Source: Trichosphaerium sp. ATCC 40318 (taxonomy: Eukaryota > Protista > Tubulinea). Taken from it: a stretch of DNA of 64,000 bases. This document shows, one piece after another, positions 36,993-58,100 of this stretch. Position numbers and translations under genes: made by a program. The first letter of the stretch is position 1. Each line of letters starts with the position of its first letter. The stretch is taken from NCBI GenBank assembly GCA_038496445.1, contig JALMLS010000093.1, positions 434,001 through 498,000 of the forward strand, written 5' to 3'. The notes under the pieces are model-generated. The model was not told where the DNA came from and searched no databases. It worked only from the letters and a program-made list of their open reading frames with translations.

Positions 36993-39186
36993 ATGGAAGA
37001 GGGCTTGCAATCGCTTCCAATAGAAGTTTTGATGCATATTTTTGGTTCTATAGACATTATAGACCTGGAATACCTTTATTATATCTCTCTTGTATGCAAA
37101 GAGTGGAGAACACTCGCTTTCGATACTAGGTACGCTGAAACTGCCAATAAGCTTCCTAATATCGTAAAACAAGTTTAATTCGCGAATTATCGCTTGAAGA
37201 CGAAGCACCATGGTATGTAATGCGCCTAGCTACTATTTCAGGAGAAAACCTAAGAGAATTGAATTTGAGTAACTGTAGGCACGTGAATATTATTAAAGTA
37301 CACTACATAACGTTCAAATTAGCTTTTTAAACGACGATCATATCGAGAAAGTACGTTTAAAAATGACTTCTCTGAAAATTCTATTTCTCGAACAAATTTG
37401 CCCTTGTCGTAACTCTGTTGACACCTGTCAAACTTTTTACTAATGTTGATGACTGGTATAGGTTCTTTCTGTATGCACGGATATTATTTCTCTAAATATA
37501 AGTAATTGCTCATCACTCACTTGTGTCAAAACGTTTAAATCGCTATGTGACCATTGCAATTACATTCAAGTAAGCAAATAACTAATGTTGAAAAAGTACT
37601 CCTGCTTCATCCAACTTACCACGTTTTGGATCTTAGGACTTATCTATTGCAAATATTGGGTTCACTGCATCTCAACTAAACACGATACTTCGCAAATATC
37701 CAGAGTTGAGAAGGCTTGAGTAAGTATTTTAGAGTTATTGTTAAACCTATCACAAAACAATATGTTTGTTAACAATAAATAGCATATCCGGATGGAAACG
37801 TGCACCAAAGAAAACAACTTTCAAAGGTAAGATTTACTCTTCATAGCAGTCTTAAATTATCAAACGCACTTAACAACCATACAAGCAATACTTTAGAACT
37901 ACAAGAGCTTGAGTTTACCAAAAAAAAAAACCAGTGCATTTACTGACAACACTGACTTTTGCTGTTAGGTGTCTCGTTGACCAAACTTCATACTCTTATA
38001 GCCAACAGTGTTATGCATCTGGAAAAATTTCCAAACATGTCAACAGTTGCACCAGCTATTGAAAAAATCGAAATTGGAGGAATCAGATCTATATACTACT
38101 TCATTTACAAACTAAATTCTTCTTCACTTCTTGACGTCTCATGCGAATATCCACCTTCTCTTGGCTCTTATAGACGTTGTATGTCTCCTGAAGACTTCAA
38201 AAACCTACTACCTCTTATTCCGAATGCTACAGGAATCGACCTTTGCATCAGCGATGTCATCAATCAAGTTGATATCTTCAAAAAAACTATAGCTCACCAA
38301 CTAAAGCGTTTAAGGCTCTTTCCAAAAGTACAGTATACATTGGTTGGAGAACAAGTTAGTGCTATCATACCTTTAGCCACTAATCTTGTGAAACTTATAA
38401 TTGATTCTGTGGTATTCCCTACTGCTCCTGCGCTTTTTAAAGTCTTGGATGAATGTGGTGGGATTAAGGTACAATCTATTTTATTGTTACATTCTTTTAC
38501 CTTGCTTGTATAAAAACTACTGCTCCTTGTTGCTGTACCAAGCAAACTTGCTACTACTATCTACCAGTCGCTTTGTTTTTTTCTTTCGGTGTGATATACA
38601 CTAAGGGGTTTGTAAAGGACAGTGGTTGAACAGCAACACAATAGTCGTTGAGCAAAATGATATTTATAGTTTTGATGTCTTATTTTTTAGCTTTTATTAA
38701 CTTTATTTAAAGAGTTTGACACTGCGTTCTGTTACTGTCACTACCATGGATATCCCAGGGGGAACAAAAACAAATATAGAAAATTTGGAAGAGCTTATTA
38801 TAGATAGACTTACAGGAGATGCTGATATTCTTTATTTTATAAGAGAGCTAATAGAAAGTACAGGAAAACTAAAGACTATATCAATGCTCCATTTAAAAGA
38901 TGAAAGAATCAGATATTTATCAGCATATGTTAATGTGGTACGTACCTAAGCTAAAATCAATCTAATAATTAAAACGTCCTCATCACGTGATTTTTCTGCA
39001 ATGTTATAACTCTATTATCACTGTTGACTCTCTTTCTCGTTTTAGAACATACCATTCTTGGAAACACTTGTCAAGACAAATCCCATGTTGCGTACATTCC
39101 ATCTTGACTCATTGGCATATGATAATACAGCTGTAACATCATTTTTGGAGAGAAACAATATCAAAGTAATAAAACCAAAGAAATAA
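36993..39186 (+). CDS. F-box + LRR protein (intron-containing)
   Basis: LQSLPIEVLMHIF...SLVCKEWR F-box; LRELNLSNCSFLND and further LRR-like exons. Confidence 0.8.
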
Positions 39187-39431
39187 ACAGCTAGTCGTAA
39201 ATACCTCCCAAGCCTTCAGAAATTAGTACAGTTAACCTTTGTTTTTCGCACCTATTTCAACCTATGCAATGATATGCAATGATATGAAAAATGTACACTA
39301 GACAACATGATCGCTGCACTCTTTTTACAAAATTCAACCGGTTTTATTTATTTTAGCCTTTTTTTTTTAAGTTATTGAAATAAATAGTACTGTCGCCATT
39401 CTCTACAGTAGTACATAGAACAGAACGACAT

Positions 39432-45526
<6,095 letters not shown>

Positions 45527-45671
45527 ATTTTTGCTTCAACAGTCTTGATACTGCTTTTGTAGAATAACAAAGCGCGTGCGACGTTTGTTTGAGGGCTTTA
45601 ACAGATTTAGGCAAGACTTAAATGGCACAGCCTTACCTACAACTTTACATTGCCAACAAAAGAAGCCAGGG
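45527..45671. promoter_or_regulatory. Putative bidirectional promoter CYFIP/PCYOX1
   Basis: Divergent start codons 145 bp apart. Confidence 0.5.
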
Positions 45672-48307
45672 ATGTTGCCCGGTACTGCAACCCTCTTTTT
45701 GTTACTTATAGGCGCGACATGTGCTGCAGAAGTCAAAAGAGTAGCAATTATTGGCGCGGGCATGGGTGGTAGGTATGTGGGAATGATTCCAGCGTCATCC
45801 TAACGCGTTTAGCTCTACTGCCTATTTTCTACGTTCTGAAATGGGTGACAGCGTCGATATAACCGTGTTTGATCGTAATAAGACTGCAGGAGGTCGTGTG
45901 ATGGATATGACATTAGACATGTTTGTACGACCTTTCAGTGTATTAATTGGCAAACAAACTGTCATTTGCGCCTAACGATTCAATGACACAATCGTTCTAA
46001 CTTTGTTTTTTCGTAGGGTCGCGAAGACGTAAGAATTGAGCTTGGTGCTTCTATATATGTCCGTGTCAACGCATTTTTCAAAGGTTTCGTTGAGAAATTC
46101 GGTTTGTCAGCAACAGACGCTGAGTCAGGCACGTACTAGTACCTTCTTGTATTACAACATCATCACAGATGTAATTACCGTTAATGTACTTTAATTGCAT
46201 TCAAATAACGGCTGTTTTATCTAGATAACCTCAAAGCGCTTTTATCTATGGGTATTTGGAACGGGAAAGAGTTTGATTTCCTAGAGAGCCCATACACGCT
46301 TGTAAACTACGGAAAGTACGGAACAATTTTTCTTTGAAAAAAAACGTAAGGAGCTCGTTTTAAAGGCTACCAGCGCATTTGATTTTATCTTTTTTTTATT
46401 ATTTTTTATCTTTTGCGCGTTCTTAATTATTTTAGAGCGCTATGGCGTTGGGGACCATCACCTATGAGACTTACAAGCACGTGCACCAAACATCTTTTCT
46501 TTTTTTTTCTTTTTTCTTTCTTATATTTTTTAAAGGTGTTGGTGGTGATATAGTGAATAGATTTGTATCTTGGTATGACGAAAAAACTCCTTTCAAGAGA
46601 ATAGAGAACTTCTTAGATGCATGTAATTTATCTGAGTTAACGAACATAACAACCTCTGATTGGCTGAAAAATAAAGGATTTTCACAATCTTTTATCGATG
46701 AGCTCATAGGCGGTAAACTCTAGGTATCTCGTTAACGTATTTACCCTTTTTTTCGGTTAGGTGTAAGTCATGTTACATATAATCAAGAAGTTGATGAGAT
46801 GCATGCGCTTGGTGCTATGATATCTGTCGCTGGTTCCGGTAGGTGTTTATTTTTTTCTAGATTATTTTTCTGTGGCTTTTGGACGTTACCCTTCATTTTT
46901 GTAGCCACTTGTAGTTTTATGCTATGTTTTGATGCTATTCCGTTAGTTTAGTAATAGCTAATAGTGTAATAGGTGCCGATTGTTTTACCGTCAATGAAGG
47001 CAATGCAAGAGTAGCTGAAAACTTATTGAAAGAAGCTAAAGCTACTGTAAAATTCGAGACAGAAGTAACGCATATAAACCTTGATTTGGAAGTAGCTGAG
47101 GAAAACGAAGTAAAACCTACACATAGAAAAGATATACATGCATTTGTAGAATCTGCAAGTGATGCGAATGGAGGTAACGAATGAGCCCATATTCTAAAAT
47201 ATTTTTTAATCCTTTAAAGCGGCAACCAAGTTTGATGGTAACTATCCTGCCTATTTTGGCCAAGAAGAGGATTCTAGTGAGACGTTATATAGAGTTAAAA
47301 CTAGTGATAATACCATGGGCGAGGTATTCGATGCAGTAGTCATAGCGGCTCCACTAGGTAGGCAATGTTTTTTTTCTTCGTGCTTTTTTTTTTTTTCAAG
47401 TTGCTTTTGGTGTGGTATTAACCTTGTTGATGTAGAGTTTGCAAATATTGTATTAGATAAGCCAGTATCAAAGAGAGAGTACCAGGGTGTTTATGTTACA
47501 ATTGTACACGGACACCTTGATCCGGAGTACTTTGGGTTGGAAGACATAAAACAAATACCTCAACATATTCTTGTTTCTAAGGGTGATTCTAAAGAACCTT
47601 TTACTTCGATTGGCACTAAACTTCAGCTTGAGGTAATGTTTTAATTGTTCTATTTAACGTGTATGCTTATTGTATGAGTGATTTAGGATGGCTCAAGGGT
47701 AGTTAAGTTCTTCTCAAGAAGGCCTATGACAACTGAAGTTTTGAATTCAATTTTTAAGGAGTTAGTTCATGAACCATTCAGAACTTTTTGGTACAGCATT
47801 CTCTACCATTTTTCTTTTATCTATTGCAACAATTTTGACAAAACTCATTATAAGATATCCGATATTACTTTGTGTCGCTATTTTGTTTTCAACCCGGAAA
47901 TCACGTGACAAAAAAAACCGAAAAAAAAGTCCACCTGTTTCATGTCTTATTTTTTGCTCAAGTTAGGAGATAATTACCTGGAAGCTATAAGTACACAATA
48001 GTGAACTTTTCTTCCAGTAGAATTAATCCCAAAAGTGGCATGCAGTTTTTTTTGTGCAAACGAATGACTTGACCAACAAAGTGCAAGCAATTTTTTTTCT
48101 TGAGAGTTTTTTACTTCACCATACTAACACTAAAGTAGGTATGCTTATCCGAAGTTAAAGACACGTTCTTCATTCCCTCCTTTAAAGTTAGGAACAAACT
48201 TGTATTATGTAAACGCTATGGAGTCTGCTTTATCTACCATGGAAAGTGAAATGGTAGCAGCAAAGAATATTGCACTATTATTATCAGATGATTTTAATAA
48301 GGCTTGA
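45672..48307 (+). CDS. PCYOX1: Prenylcysteine oxidase/lyase
   Basis: Signal peptide; VAIIGAGMGG FAD motif; GGRV; ELGASI; GIWNGKEF; FDAVVIAAPL; AYPKL; LYYVNAMESALSTME...AAKNIA. Confidence 0.92.
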
Positions 48308-48778
48308 AAAAACCCTCTTGTAATTCAGAGGCAGAAATAAAAACAACCATAATCTATACACATTGAAGTCAGTCGTTTGAGTGTTGCTTCACCTTTCTTC
48401 AAGTCATACTTCATCAGTTGGAACATGTGAAAGAAATTTATGTTAATGAGTATTGTTGTAGGTGACTTCAACAGGGATTTCATCAAAGAATGCACTATTT
48501 TGGTTCATAGCTGTTCAAAATACATGTATTGTTGCTTCTTTTATCTCCTGTGTATTTCTCCAAAGTAGATCGTGACTTTCGCTTTGTTGACTTGAGGCAG
48601 TTAGAAAAATCACGTGGTACTGTCAAATCCACAACGACAATGTTGTACAATATATATGTGATAAACACGGAAGAAACTTACTAGTTGTACAACTTTGCTT
48701 CTAATAGATTAGCGATTTGCTTTTGATTTTTTTTTATTTTGTTTTATTTTTATTTTACAAAAAAAAAGTTGTTTTATT

Positions 48779-51325
48779 CTACCGATGTGTTCCACGTGTA
48801 GCCATTAAAGGATTATAGTTTGTTCTTGTGACAACAGGTAATGATCCTAAAGCAGGAGGTGCTCCACCATGAGCAGGATTTATAGTCTGTGCTGCACCTA
48901 CATAACCAGGGTTCATTGAAATAGGTGTAAATTGAGCTTCTTGCTGTTGTTCATCAGGTACAAGAGTATCTTGACTAATAGCATTCATTTCATCCCTCTT
49001 TGGTATATTATATCTATCCTCCATAGGGTCTCCTGGACGATTTCTGCACCTATTAAAAAAAAAATCAGCCAAAAACTTTTTTGAGCTTGCCCACGTTTAT
49101 ACGTGTTGTTCTTGGTCAAAAAATTCGATTTATGTCCTTGTAGGTACACATAGCATTGTATCAAAATGATACCAGGGTGAAAGAGTGATAATACGTACCA
49201 GAATTTAGTTGTGTTATCAGCTGAGCCAGTAGCAAGTATATGACCTAGAGGATGCCATGCCATTGTCCATACAGCGTTGTCATGAGCTTTAATTATATGA
49301 GCCATAGGGTCACTTGAGCCTACAACCCAATATAATATATTTCCATCGTAACCTCCTGATACAAACATGTTTTCACAAAAAGGGTGCCACTGACAATCTA
49401 CAATACAAAAAATTAGAAATCGATATCTTTTATCATGGTTTTGTAGCGCTAGATGATGCGTACGTGTTACTTCTCTATTATGTCCACGGAACGTTATCAT
49501 TTCTTTCATCATACGGATATCGTAAAGCTTCAATAATTGATCTCTGAAAGAAGTATTAACAAACAAAGAAAAAAACTGGAATTCGAAAAAGGCAAACCGC
49601 CAAAAAGAAGTTGAAGTTAGAGCTCCATGTAGGGTACCTAGATGAAGATAGTAACCAATTTCCATTCGCATTCCATTTTACACATAATACCATATTTTTA
49701 TGTCCGTGCCTATTCACAGTTAGTACCCAAGAGTTTGTAAAGTTTTTTGAAGAAAAAATTATAGGAGGCTTATTCGCACAAAGTTGCAATGTTCTTCGCT
49801 GATTTCGTATCCCAGATTTTAACAAGGTTATCTTTTGATCCTGATACAACCAATGAGTTGTGTGGATGCCAATCTACTGCTTTAACATCCCATCCATGAC
49901 CTACATAAAGTGAGAATCTAAAAAATAGTACAACTGACTAAGCCTTAAAAAAAAGAGTACCCATCAAGGTTGCGTCTGTCTCGCATCTAGCAAAATCCCA
50001 TACTTTTATTGTGACATCATCAGAACAGGAGACAAACTTAACGTCTGTGGGACAGAATCTACAAAAAAAAAGAAATGAGCAAAAACAAGTGAGTAACAAA
50101 GGAAGTGAGCGTCTTGTTAAAACCAAAAAAAAAGAAAACAAAAAAGTGTTTTTGATACACGTACGATATACATCGAACTGCTTCTTTATGTGCGTTAATC
50201 ATTTTAACGTTATTCATATTAGCTTGCCAATATTTTATTTGTCCGCCATCATCACCTAAGAACATAGTGACATTAATTTCCAAATCTTATTATAATTGCA
50301 AGTATTTTTTGAAAAACAAAGAGGTGACGCTTCCAGTGGTATCTTTCAATTTTATTACTATATTGATGTGTTGGAAGACGTACCTGTTACCATCCAATTC
50401 TCATTATGCGTCCAAACCATTGATCTGATTGCAGAGTCATGTGCTTGAAGGATTGTTTCGAAGTTAAATGTCAATCCATTCCAAAGTGTAAACTCTCCCG
50501 AAGAACTGCCTGTAATAAGTCTTCTTCCCTCTGGTGTCCACTAAACCCCAAATAAGTTAATATCCATAACCGGGTAACAGTTAGGTGTCAAACGAATAAC
50601 AAAGGACTGAGAAATCAAAAAATAACTTTGGCGTCTTTTCTATATGAGAAAAATGACTTGACGTACACCAACAGCGTTCACAGGGTATCTAGTCTTATTA
50701 ATACTAACGTGAATAAACCTTCCTGCCATAGCTGATGCTGGATTGGTATCCCAAGCCATTGTAGGCAAGATCTAGATCAAATGTCAGAAAGCCAAAATAG
50801 ATGTCAATTTTCTAGCTTATAAGTTGATGTAGCGTCGTCTGAATGTAAATAACGGTTAGTACCTTTCTTCCATAAGCTTCTTGAGGTTGTAATGCGTGTA
50901 TTGATTGCCTTGTAGAGTTGTAAATACGATCCTTGTTTATAAGTCAGTGAAATGGCATGCAATGGCACTTGATGGCGTACATGTTGGTGTTGTATGACAG
51001 TTGAGTTAAAATCGACTGTTTTACGCTGTATATGCTCTCGCATGCGTTTTCCGTCGCTAATACGAGTCAACGTATGCGTTAATGGCTATACGACGCACAA
51101 ATTACTGCGACCAGCTGGATAGAAAAAGTTTTGGAGCTGGTCTCTACTGAAATTCTTATTTCCTTGTCCACCGTGGCCTCCACCACCTCTACCACCGCCT
51201 CTACCGCCACCTCGGCCCCTTCCGCCTCTTAATTGATATTAACTAACATTAAATTGTTTAACCGCTTACCTTCCACCTCCTCGAGGTTGGTAACCGCCTC
51301 GTGGTTGGTAACCCCCGCGATTCAT
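48779..51325 (-). CDS. WDR33: Polyadenylation factor WDR33/Pfs2/FY
   Basis: DGKRMR..QRKTVDF; [35 protein letters not shown]; GHGWDVK; [27 protein letters not shown]; N-terminal RGG repeats. Confidence 0.97.
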
Positions 51326-51435
51326 TGTATTTGAGAGTTCGTTGCGTGTTCTGACAGGCAGCTATAAGCCACGAATGGCGTAACTTAACTCTCATTGTGG
51401 CATGCTGTTTTAACGCAGCTGTTACGCTTTAAAGT
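51326..51435. promoter_or_regulatory. Putative bidirectional promoter WDR33/INTS14
   Basis: Divergent start codons 110 bp apart. Confidence 0.5.
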
Positions 51436-53737
51436 ATGCCAACTGTTCTATTGGTGGATGTCTCCGCGTCACTTGGTAGGTTAGTAACGCCAAGTGATGA
51501 AGATTGTACTCGTTTGCAGCTAGTTCGTACAGGTAATGGTTATGTAAGATAATATGTAATTTGATGGTTAGGTTTGACCCACTTCCTTCAACGACTTGAA
51601 AATGAACATCCAGAGGAATCAGCGTGCCTGATCACATATTCTTCGACTACTGAGGCACTAAAATATGAAAATACAACCAACTAATTTTCCAACAGGTTGT
51701 TTGCCCATTTACACGCGATTTTGGTCTTCTCATAGATGCTATGTACGTTCTAGACAACTTTATCCAACCTTACAATCCAAAGTGATGAGCTGGAGTTACA
51801 GGATAAAACAAACCTCGCAAATGGGCTTGATAGGACGAAAAAATATGTATTAAAGAGCTGTGGGGCTGATTCGTTGGTACGCATCATTGTGGTGACGGAT
51901 GGCACACCAAATATGGGTACGACATTTTACTGAAAACTTATAGCCTGAATTAACGTTTAAGCATACTATCATGCTTCCCTATATACCATAGTATACAACT
52001 CACTCGTTTTATTTTAATTAGATGATCCTTTGAGAGTGTCATTTCCATTTCTTGTAAATATGCACATTGTTGCTTTTGGTGACCGTCGTGATATCGATAC
52101 AGAGTTCTATGACCAACTAGCAAGTAAAAACTCTGGTACACACTTACAACATCATCAATTAGACCGCTTACAACACTTTACTTAGGTACATTCCAATATT
52201 TTCAGCTGCCACAAACAGAAAGAGCTTTCACATTGCAGTTTGAGGCACGCTTTTTTTGCTTTGAAAAGGTTGATGTTGATTTACGATTAGGAGCTTCTTG
52301 AGACACATTATAAACCTTGTAAAGGAATGCTTATGCTTGGCCATTTATTAGGAGAGATTACACTGTTTCCTAGCCCACAAAATTCTGTGTATCCTCAGGT
52401 TGCTATGGACAATGGTAAGCGTTTTTTATTTTGTTTTTGGATATGTGCAAACGGTGTATTGTTTTCTTCCGTTGTTTATTTTTGTATAGATCTACCTTTG
52501 GTATTTCCAAATAACTTATCTATAATCGGATTTGTACATACAAATCTTATGTCAAGCCCACCATCACTCATACGCTTTGTGTTGTTCCCAAGGTAAGTAT
52601 TTTTTGAAAACAAAATTACTATTTGTGCACGTGGTCTGTTGTAACGTGTAAATTGTACACTATAAGATTTATTATCTGCGTACTAAGATATGCACTTAAT
52701 ACACTTAACATGGGCATATTAGGAGAGATTCAGATGCGTCACTAGTAAAGATGTTAAATGAAACTTTGAAAAAGACTAGAAAAGCAGGACTAGTTTGTCT
52801 AGAGAATAACTGGTTCGCTTTACTTCATTCACATACAGAATCGCTAAGAAATGAGAAAAAGAAGAAGGATGGAGCAGCTTTGAAAAGAGTACAAAAGAGT
52901 GGTAAGTATATATCGCACTCCACCTGCAAAAAAAAAGCTCGATGCTTCTTCTTACGACTATTAGCTTTGGTACTCACTGTGATGCCTCGGAATGTTGCAA
53001 TGCCATGGATAGGGCAGGTAAGAATCTAGAAGAACTCTTATTATCGTGCTAATGTTATTGGTTTTTTAGGTGTCAGGACTTACGAGTGCTACTACAGACC
53101 CACAAAATTTAAGGTTACCAAAACGTGAACCTTATCCGAAAAGTTACAATTTTGAAGAGATTGAAATTCCAAGCATCTCAGAAGGAGCAGCAAGGGTGCA
53201 TAGATATAATTGTTATTTCAGTATCTTGCGGTTTATACTGATGCTTCCTTTTGCAGGACGACCTTCTTAAAGTCATTGAATTCGTTGAAGAACTTCCAAA
53301 TACTATTGCTAAATTATACGATGTGTACGGCTTCGTTTTTGGTACTCTTCTTGGTTTGTTGATTGTACTTTCTAGATGCCAAAAGATGCGTCACAAGGCG
53401 GCTATTTTCTCTTGGAATGGTTTAGTAGAGATGCTTATAACCCTACTAGAACAATTGAAGACGTACAATAATAACCTTTCGCTGTAGTAACCGTTTCTCA
53501 TGTTATTCTTTTTTTAGGAGTGATAGTACAGAAACAGTGGAAGATGAGGAAGAAAAACAAGTTATATTAACTACTCTCATAGAACAACTGCGTACCAACG
53601 CAGATCGTGTTCCGCTACAGCTTCCAGGTATAAAACATTTAATCTTTTATTTTTTTGTTTGCATTGCAACTAATCTTCTCACTTCTCTTTTTAGAGGGCT
53701 ACGGTACAGAAGAGGTAAACCACCACTATGGCACTAG
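51436..53737 (+). CDS. INTS14: Integrator complex subunit 14 (VWA9)-like
   Basis: MPTVLLVDVSASL; PFTRDF; IIVVTDG; HYKPCKGMLMLGHL...LFPSP; IIGF...SSPPSL; AGLVCL..NWFALL; LVLTV...PWIG. Confidence 0.85.
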
Positions 53738-53997
53738 AGCTAGTAAGCGTTCTGGTAAGATGGATATATTAAATTTATTGACTTGATCACGTGTACATTA
53801 AAATAAAACCCAAGCGTTAAACCCAACATACAGTAGATCTTGTTTTTAATCAAAATCAACAATAAGCTACACATATGGCTTCTCACACCGTAGTTACTTT
53901 GTGCCCAAGAGCCTACTTAGGTGATGTATCTGAAAGTAACCCAAACAGTTGGTAGTTAGTTGATAAACATTTTATTTAGAAAACTGTTGCTAGTTTT

Positions 53998-55073
53998 TTA
54001 AGGACCCTTCACTGCGTCAGGTTGACTATCAGGATGAGCTGTTTTAAAGGAATCAAGTTCATTTAAAGCTTTATCAATACGATCAATTGTAGGGAATTTT
54101 GTCATGTCAACTTTAAAGCGTCTAGCATTGTACACTACGAGAGAAAAGAAGTTAAACAAGTTACTCAAGAAGTACAAATAAAAACCTACCTTGAGGAACT
54201 AAGCATGCATCTACAAGAGTGACAGTGTCACCATAAGAGTACTTTCCGGCTGTTTTTGTAAGTTCTTTTTCAAGAGACTCAAAACCAAGCGCTATCCAGT
54301 GTCTACCCCAAGCACCTTTATTTTCAGGTCCAATCTATCAAAAACAAAGTCAATTCAACACTCACAAAAAAATAGGAAAAAACTGTTTGTTTTCACTCTT
54401 AGTCGCTTTGTTGTACCAGTGGATGAAGCAATACGCGCAAGTTTTGTACTGGTTGTATGTCACAAGCGATTGATTGAGCCAAGGATCTAAGAACGAATTC
54501 AGTTATGTGGTACTTTGTTTAATAACGATAATCGCTTGTGACAATGCCTTACCTAACCGTTGCACGCGCAATAGGATCTTTTGGGAGCATTGGAATATCT
54601 GGATGGGCTTCCTCAAGGTATTCCATGATCGCAAGAGACTCAGTAAGGAGGTTATCGCCTACTTGTAGAGTAGGTAGTAACTACAAAAAAGGTTAAGAGC
54701 AGTTTACAATAAAAACAACGCCATCACGCCTGAACGTTTTACATAGCGTCAGAGACGAGGCCTATCTATTAATTTCGAAAAGTTTTTACCTTGGCAGGAT
54801 TTTTATTGCTGTAATCATCGTTCTTTTGCTCTCCTTTAAGTAGATTTACGCCTGGTTCAATCATTAGATTGGTCTACAACAAAATGTTGCGTCAAGCGAC
54901 AATGTCGTTACCTTTGTACGTATATTTTATCTTCTTTGTCTCTAGAGCAATACGCACGCGGTAAGAACACGAACTACGCCAATACGAGTAAAGAATAGGT
55001 TGTTGCTAAATTATAACGGCTTTATAAGTTACATAGCGGTTTATAATATAATATAAACTTGACGCACAGCCAT
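53998..55073 (-). CDS. GSTZ1: Glutathione S-transferase zeta / maleylacetoacetate isomerase
   Basis: ILYSYWRSSCSYRVRIAL; ESLAIMEYLEE; PVQNLRVL; DACLVPQVYNARRF; AHPDSQPD. Confidence 0.95.
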
Positions 55074-55167
55074 TTGTACACGGAACTGATTCGCACAATA
55101 GATCCAGTAAAACGTACTTCCGTATCAAGTCAACAACAAGTCATAGAGCGCTTGAGATCTCATCAAC
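55074..55167. promoter_or_regulatory. Putative bidirectional promoter GSTZ/GEF-kinase
   Basis: Divergent start codons 94 bp apart. Confidence 0.5.
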
Positions 55168-58100
55168 ATGGCTGAGGACAATGACTATGCCTCTCTTTCT
55201 TACTCTACATCTTCCATGTTCTCTCAATTGGCTTCTAGAAGAAGGACAAGACTAACTACATCAAATGGATCACCTAGATCATCAATTAAAGCAAGCACAC
55301 GTATATCTTCACATAGATCGTCCAGTTTTACATCAAATGAGTCATTGATTTACAATATTTGTATCGAGCTTCTAGATAGCGAAAGTTCCTTTGTAACATC
55401 GCTTAAAATCATCTTGGAAGTACGTAACTAGCGTAAAAAAAATAATGTCTTATTGATTACATACAACATTTTGTCTAATTTAACGCATAGGAGCTTGAGT
55501 TTATTATAAAAATAAAACCTGTTGATACTTTAGAGAGCATATACGCATTATTAGGTACGCACGTGGGGTTTTTTTTTTGGGTTGTTTTTCTAATTTTCTA
55601 TTTTGACCTTTTCAAAAAAAAGAGAGTAAATTTCATACCCAAACCATCTTTTTGAGTTTGTGTTGGTTGTGTTCTTAGTCTCGATGCTTTATGGTATTCT
55701 TATATTATGTAGAAGCAATATTAGAGGCTAATGTTACATTGGGGAAAGGTATAGAGCAAATTATAGCCACATGGGTAGGCCACAAAGACTTGAATATAGG
55801 AGCCATTTTTCATAAATGGGCACGTGATTTTTAACCACAACAACCCAAATACCACTAATTTCGAGTTTTGCGTTGTACGTCTTACAGAGAAATTATGTAG
55901 GCTGCGAAACTACCGCTGTATAAAGAGTATTTTTGCGTTTTTCCAAAGATCGCCAGCGCGTTAAACCATAATAAGATGTTAAACACTTTAAAGACGTCTA
56001 TGGATAAATCTCATACATCACCAGGTAGACTTACAGTATCAAGCGATTCCGTTACATGTAAGAACCGTCAAACAGTGCATTTTTTTGTTATCAAGATTGG
56101 ACATTACTGATTTCGCTTTCTGTTGTAGCTCTTTTCACACTTAACAAGAGTGCGAATGTGTTCACAGATTATCAACGCCTTGCTAAGAGTGTATCAGATC
56201 TAACAAAGAGACTGATGAAAAAACTAGTAATACCTCTACAGCGTGTACCTCAATACAAGATTTTAATAGAGGTAAGCATCCACAGTCATCAAGATAAGAT
56301 TTCTGACACCCATGTCTATCGTAGAAATTATTGAAGTACATTTACAAGAGTCAATACAAAGATAGGAAACTAGAAGCAGTAAAATTCCAAGTTGCAGAGA
56401 CATCTAACCTTGCAGATGAAGCGAGATGGGCATACAATAATGAGCGCATAGCTAAGCTTCAAGCAAGGTTTATTGGCACTTCTTCAGTTGACTTAAAAGT
56501 ACCCGGAAGGTTTCTACTGAAGGCTGGGAAACTACTCAAAGTCTGTAGAAAAGGTAGTATTCGAAAAAACCAAACAAAACAAAATATCAACTCTTATTCT
56601 AGGTGTACAATCACGTGAATTTTTTCTTTTCAGAGACATGTTATTATATGCCACAAATGTTGGTGGTAAGCTCACAAGAGGGCGTCAATTGAAGTTGGAA
56701 AATATATTAATAGCAGCAAGTGCTGATACCTCAAGTACGCGGTCACTATTTCCTGCTGATAGCTTTTCGTCAACTTATTTTGTTGCAAAGAAAAAACAAC
56801 TGGGTTTAAGATTATAAGCGATAGTAAATCCTTTGAAGTCTATGCTAGCAATACACAAGATAAAGAAGAGTGGTTATGTGCATTAAGTTTTACTATTGGA
56901 CAATGCAGGGAACTAAATGGTGTATTTCTTAATTCGAGTATTGACAGCGGTATGAAGAACGTGATTGTTTTGACACCCGTACCTAATTCCCTTTAGCTCC
57001 AGTATGGCAACCGGATTCTGATGCTAGAGACTGTAGCATATGCGGAGCAAATTTCTCTTTTCTTAAAAGGCGTCACCATTGCAGGTATGTTCTATTAATA
57101 AATTATTTTATTAATAATTTGGTATTAAACTTAGAATATGTGGCACTGTTATTTGTGCAGTACGTTTCGTTTTTATGTCCACTCCTCGTTTTCTACTTCC
57201 AACACTTAGTAACTAGGAATGCTCTGATAACCGAGAAGTTGTTCGTGGGACTCATAGACGCGCTTGTGATGCTTGTGTTAAACCGCGAGCTACCAAAGAA
57301 CCAAGAAGAACTACAGCAAAGGTTCATTCGATCATGAATCCTAACTTTAGGGACACTCACCAATTATTCCGTCTTCTCGTATCTGGAAAAGCGCCAATCA
57401 TACCAAAACCGCTACGAAACACTTCCTTAAGGTTAGTAATTGTTCCCTTAGCCAGTCACAGAAGCTTGAACTTTTTTTTCTCGAACCTTTTGTTCCACGT
57501 GCACAAATTTACGGCAGTTTCTTCATGCTTTGACCACTATTTTATCTCTGTGGTGACCACAGCAAACGACTGCACTTTTACTTTTTTTTACGCGCACGTG
57601 ATCAAAACTCAAATTCGGTCTTTATGAGTCTTGCTGAGTTATATTTTTGGTCAAAAAAAAATGGAGGCTTGTTTCTGTTTGCCAAACAGCCATAAGCATA
57701 TGGCTGAGCGTAAACCAAAGAGAAAGCAGTCAATAAGGCTTAGAAAAGGTTTTCGCAAGTTTTCACATTCACTTCGTATTAAAAAGTTTGATCCTGACGA
57801 TCTGGCGACGCCCATCGTATGGGTCAAGTAATATTATTTTTAAAACCGCAATTTGGATACTTTTTTTTTGTTTATTCGTATTTTTACATCCACACTATTA
57901 TTATCACGTGATTAATATCGTTTTTCGTATTTACTCTTGTCTTATTTTGATTTTAGCAATGGTGGAACACTTGTTATCGAAGGAACAACTGTATCTCTTG
58001 ATAAAACTTCTATAGTCTTTGAAAAGTACGTCAAAACAAAACGTTTTGGTTTTATAAGGTCATTTTGTCTTCTTTTAGAAAAGTAGCGTTTTTATTTACC

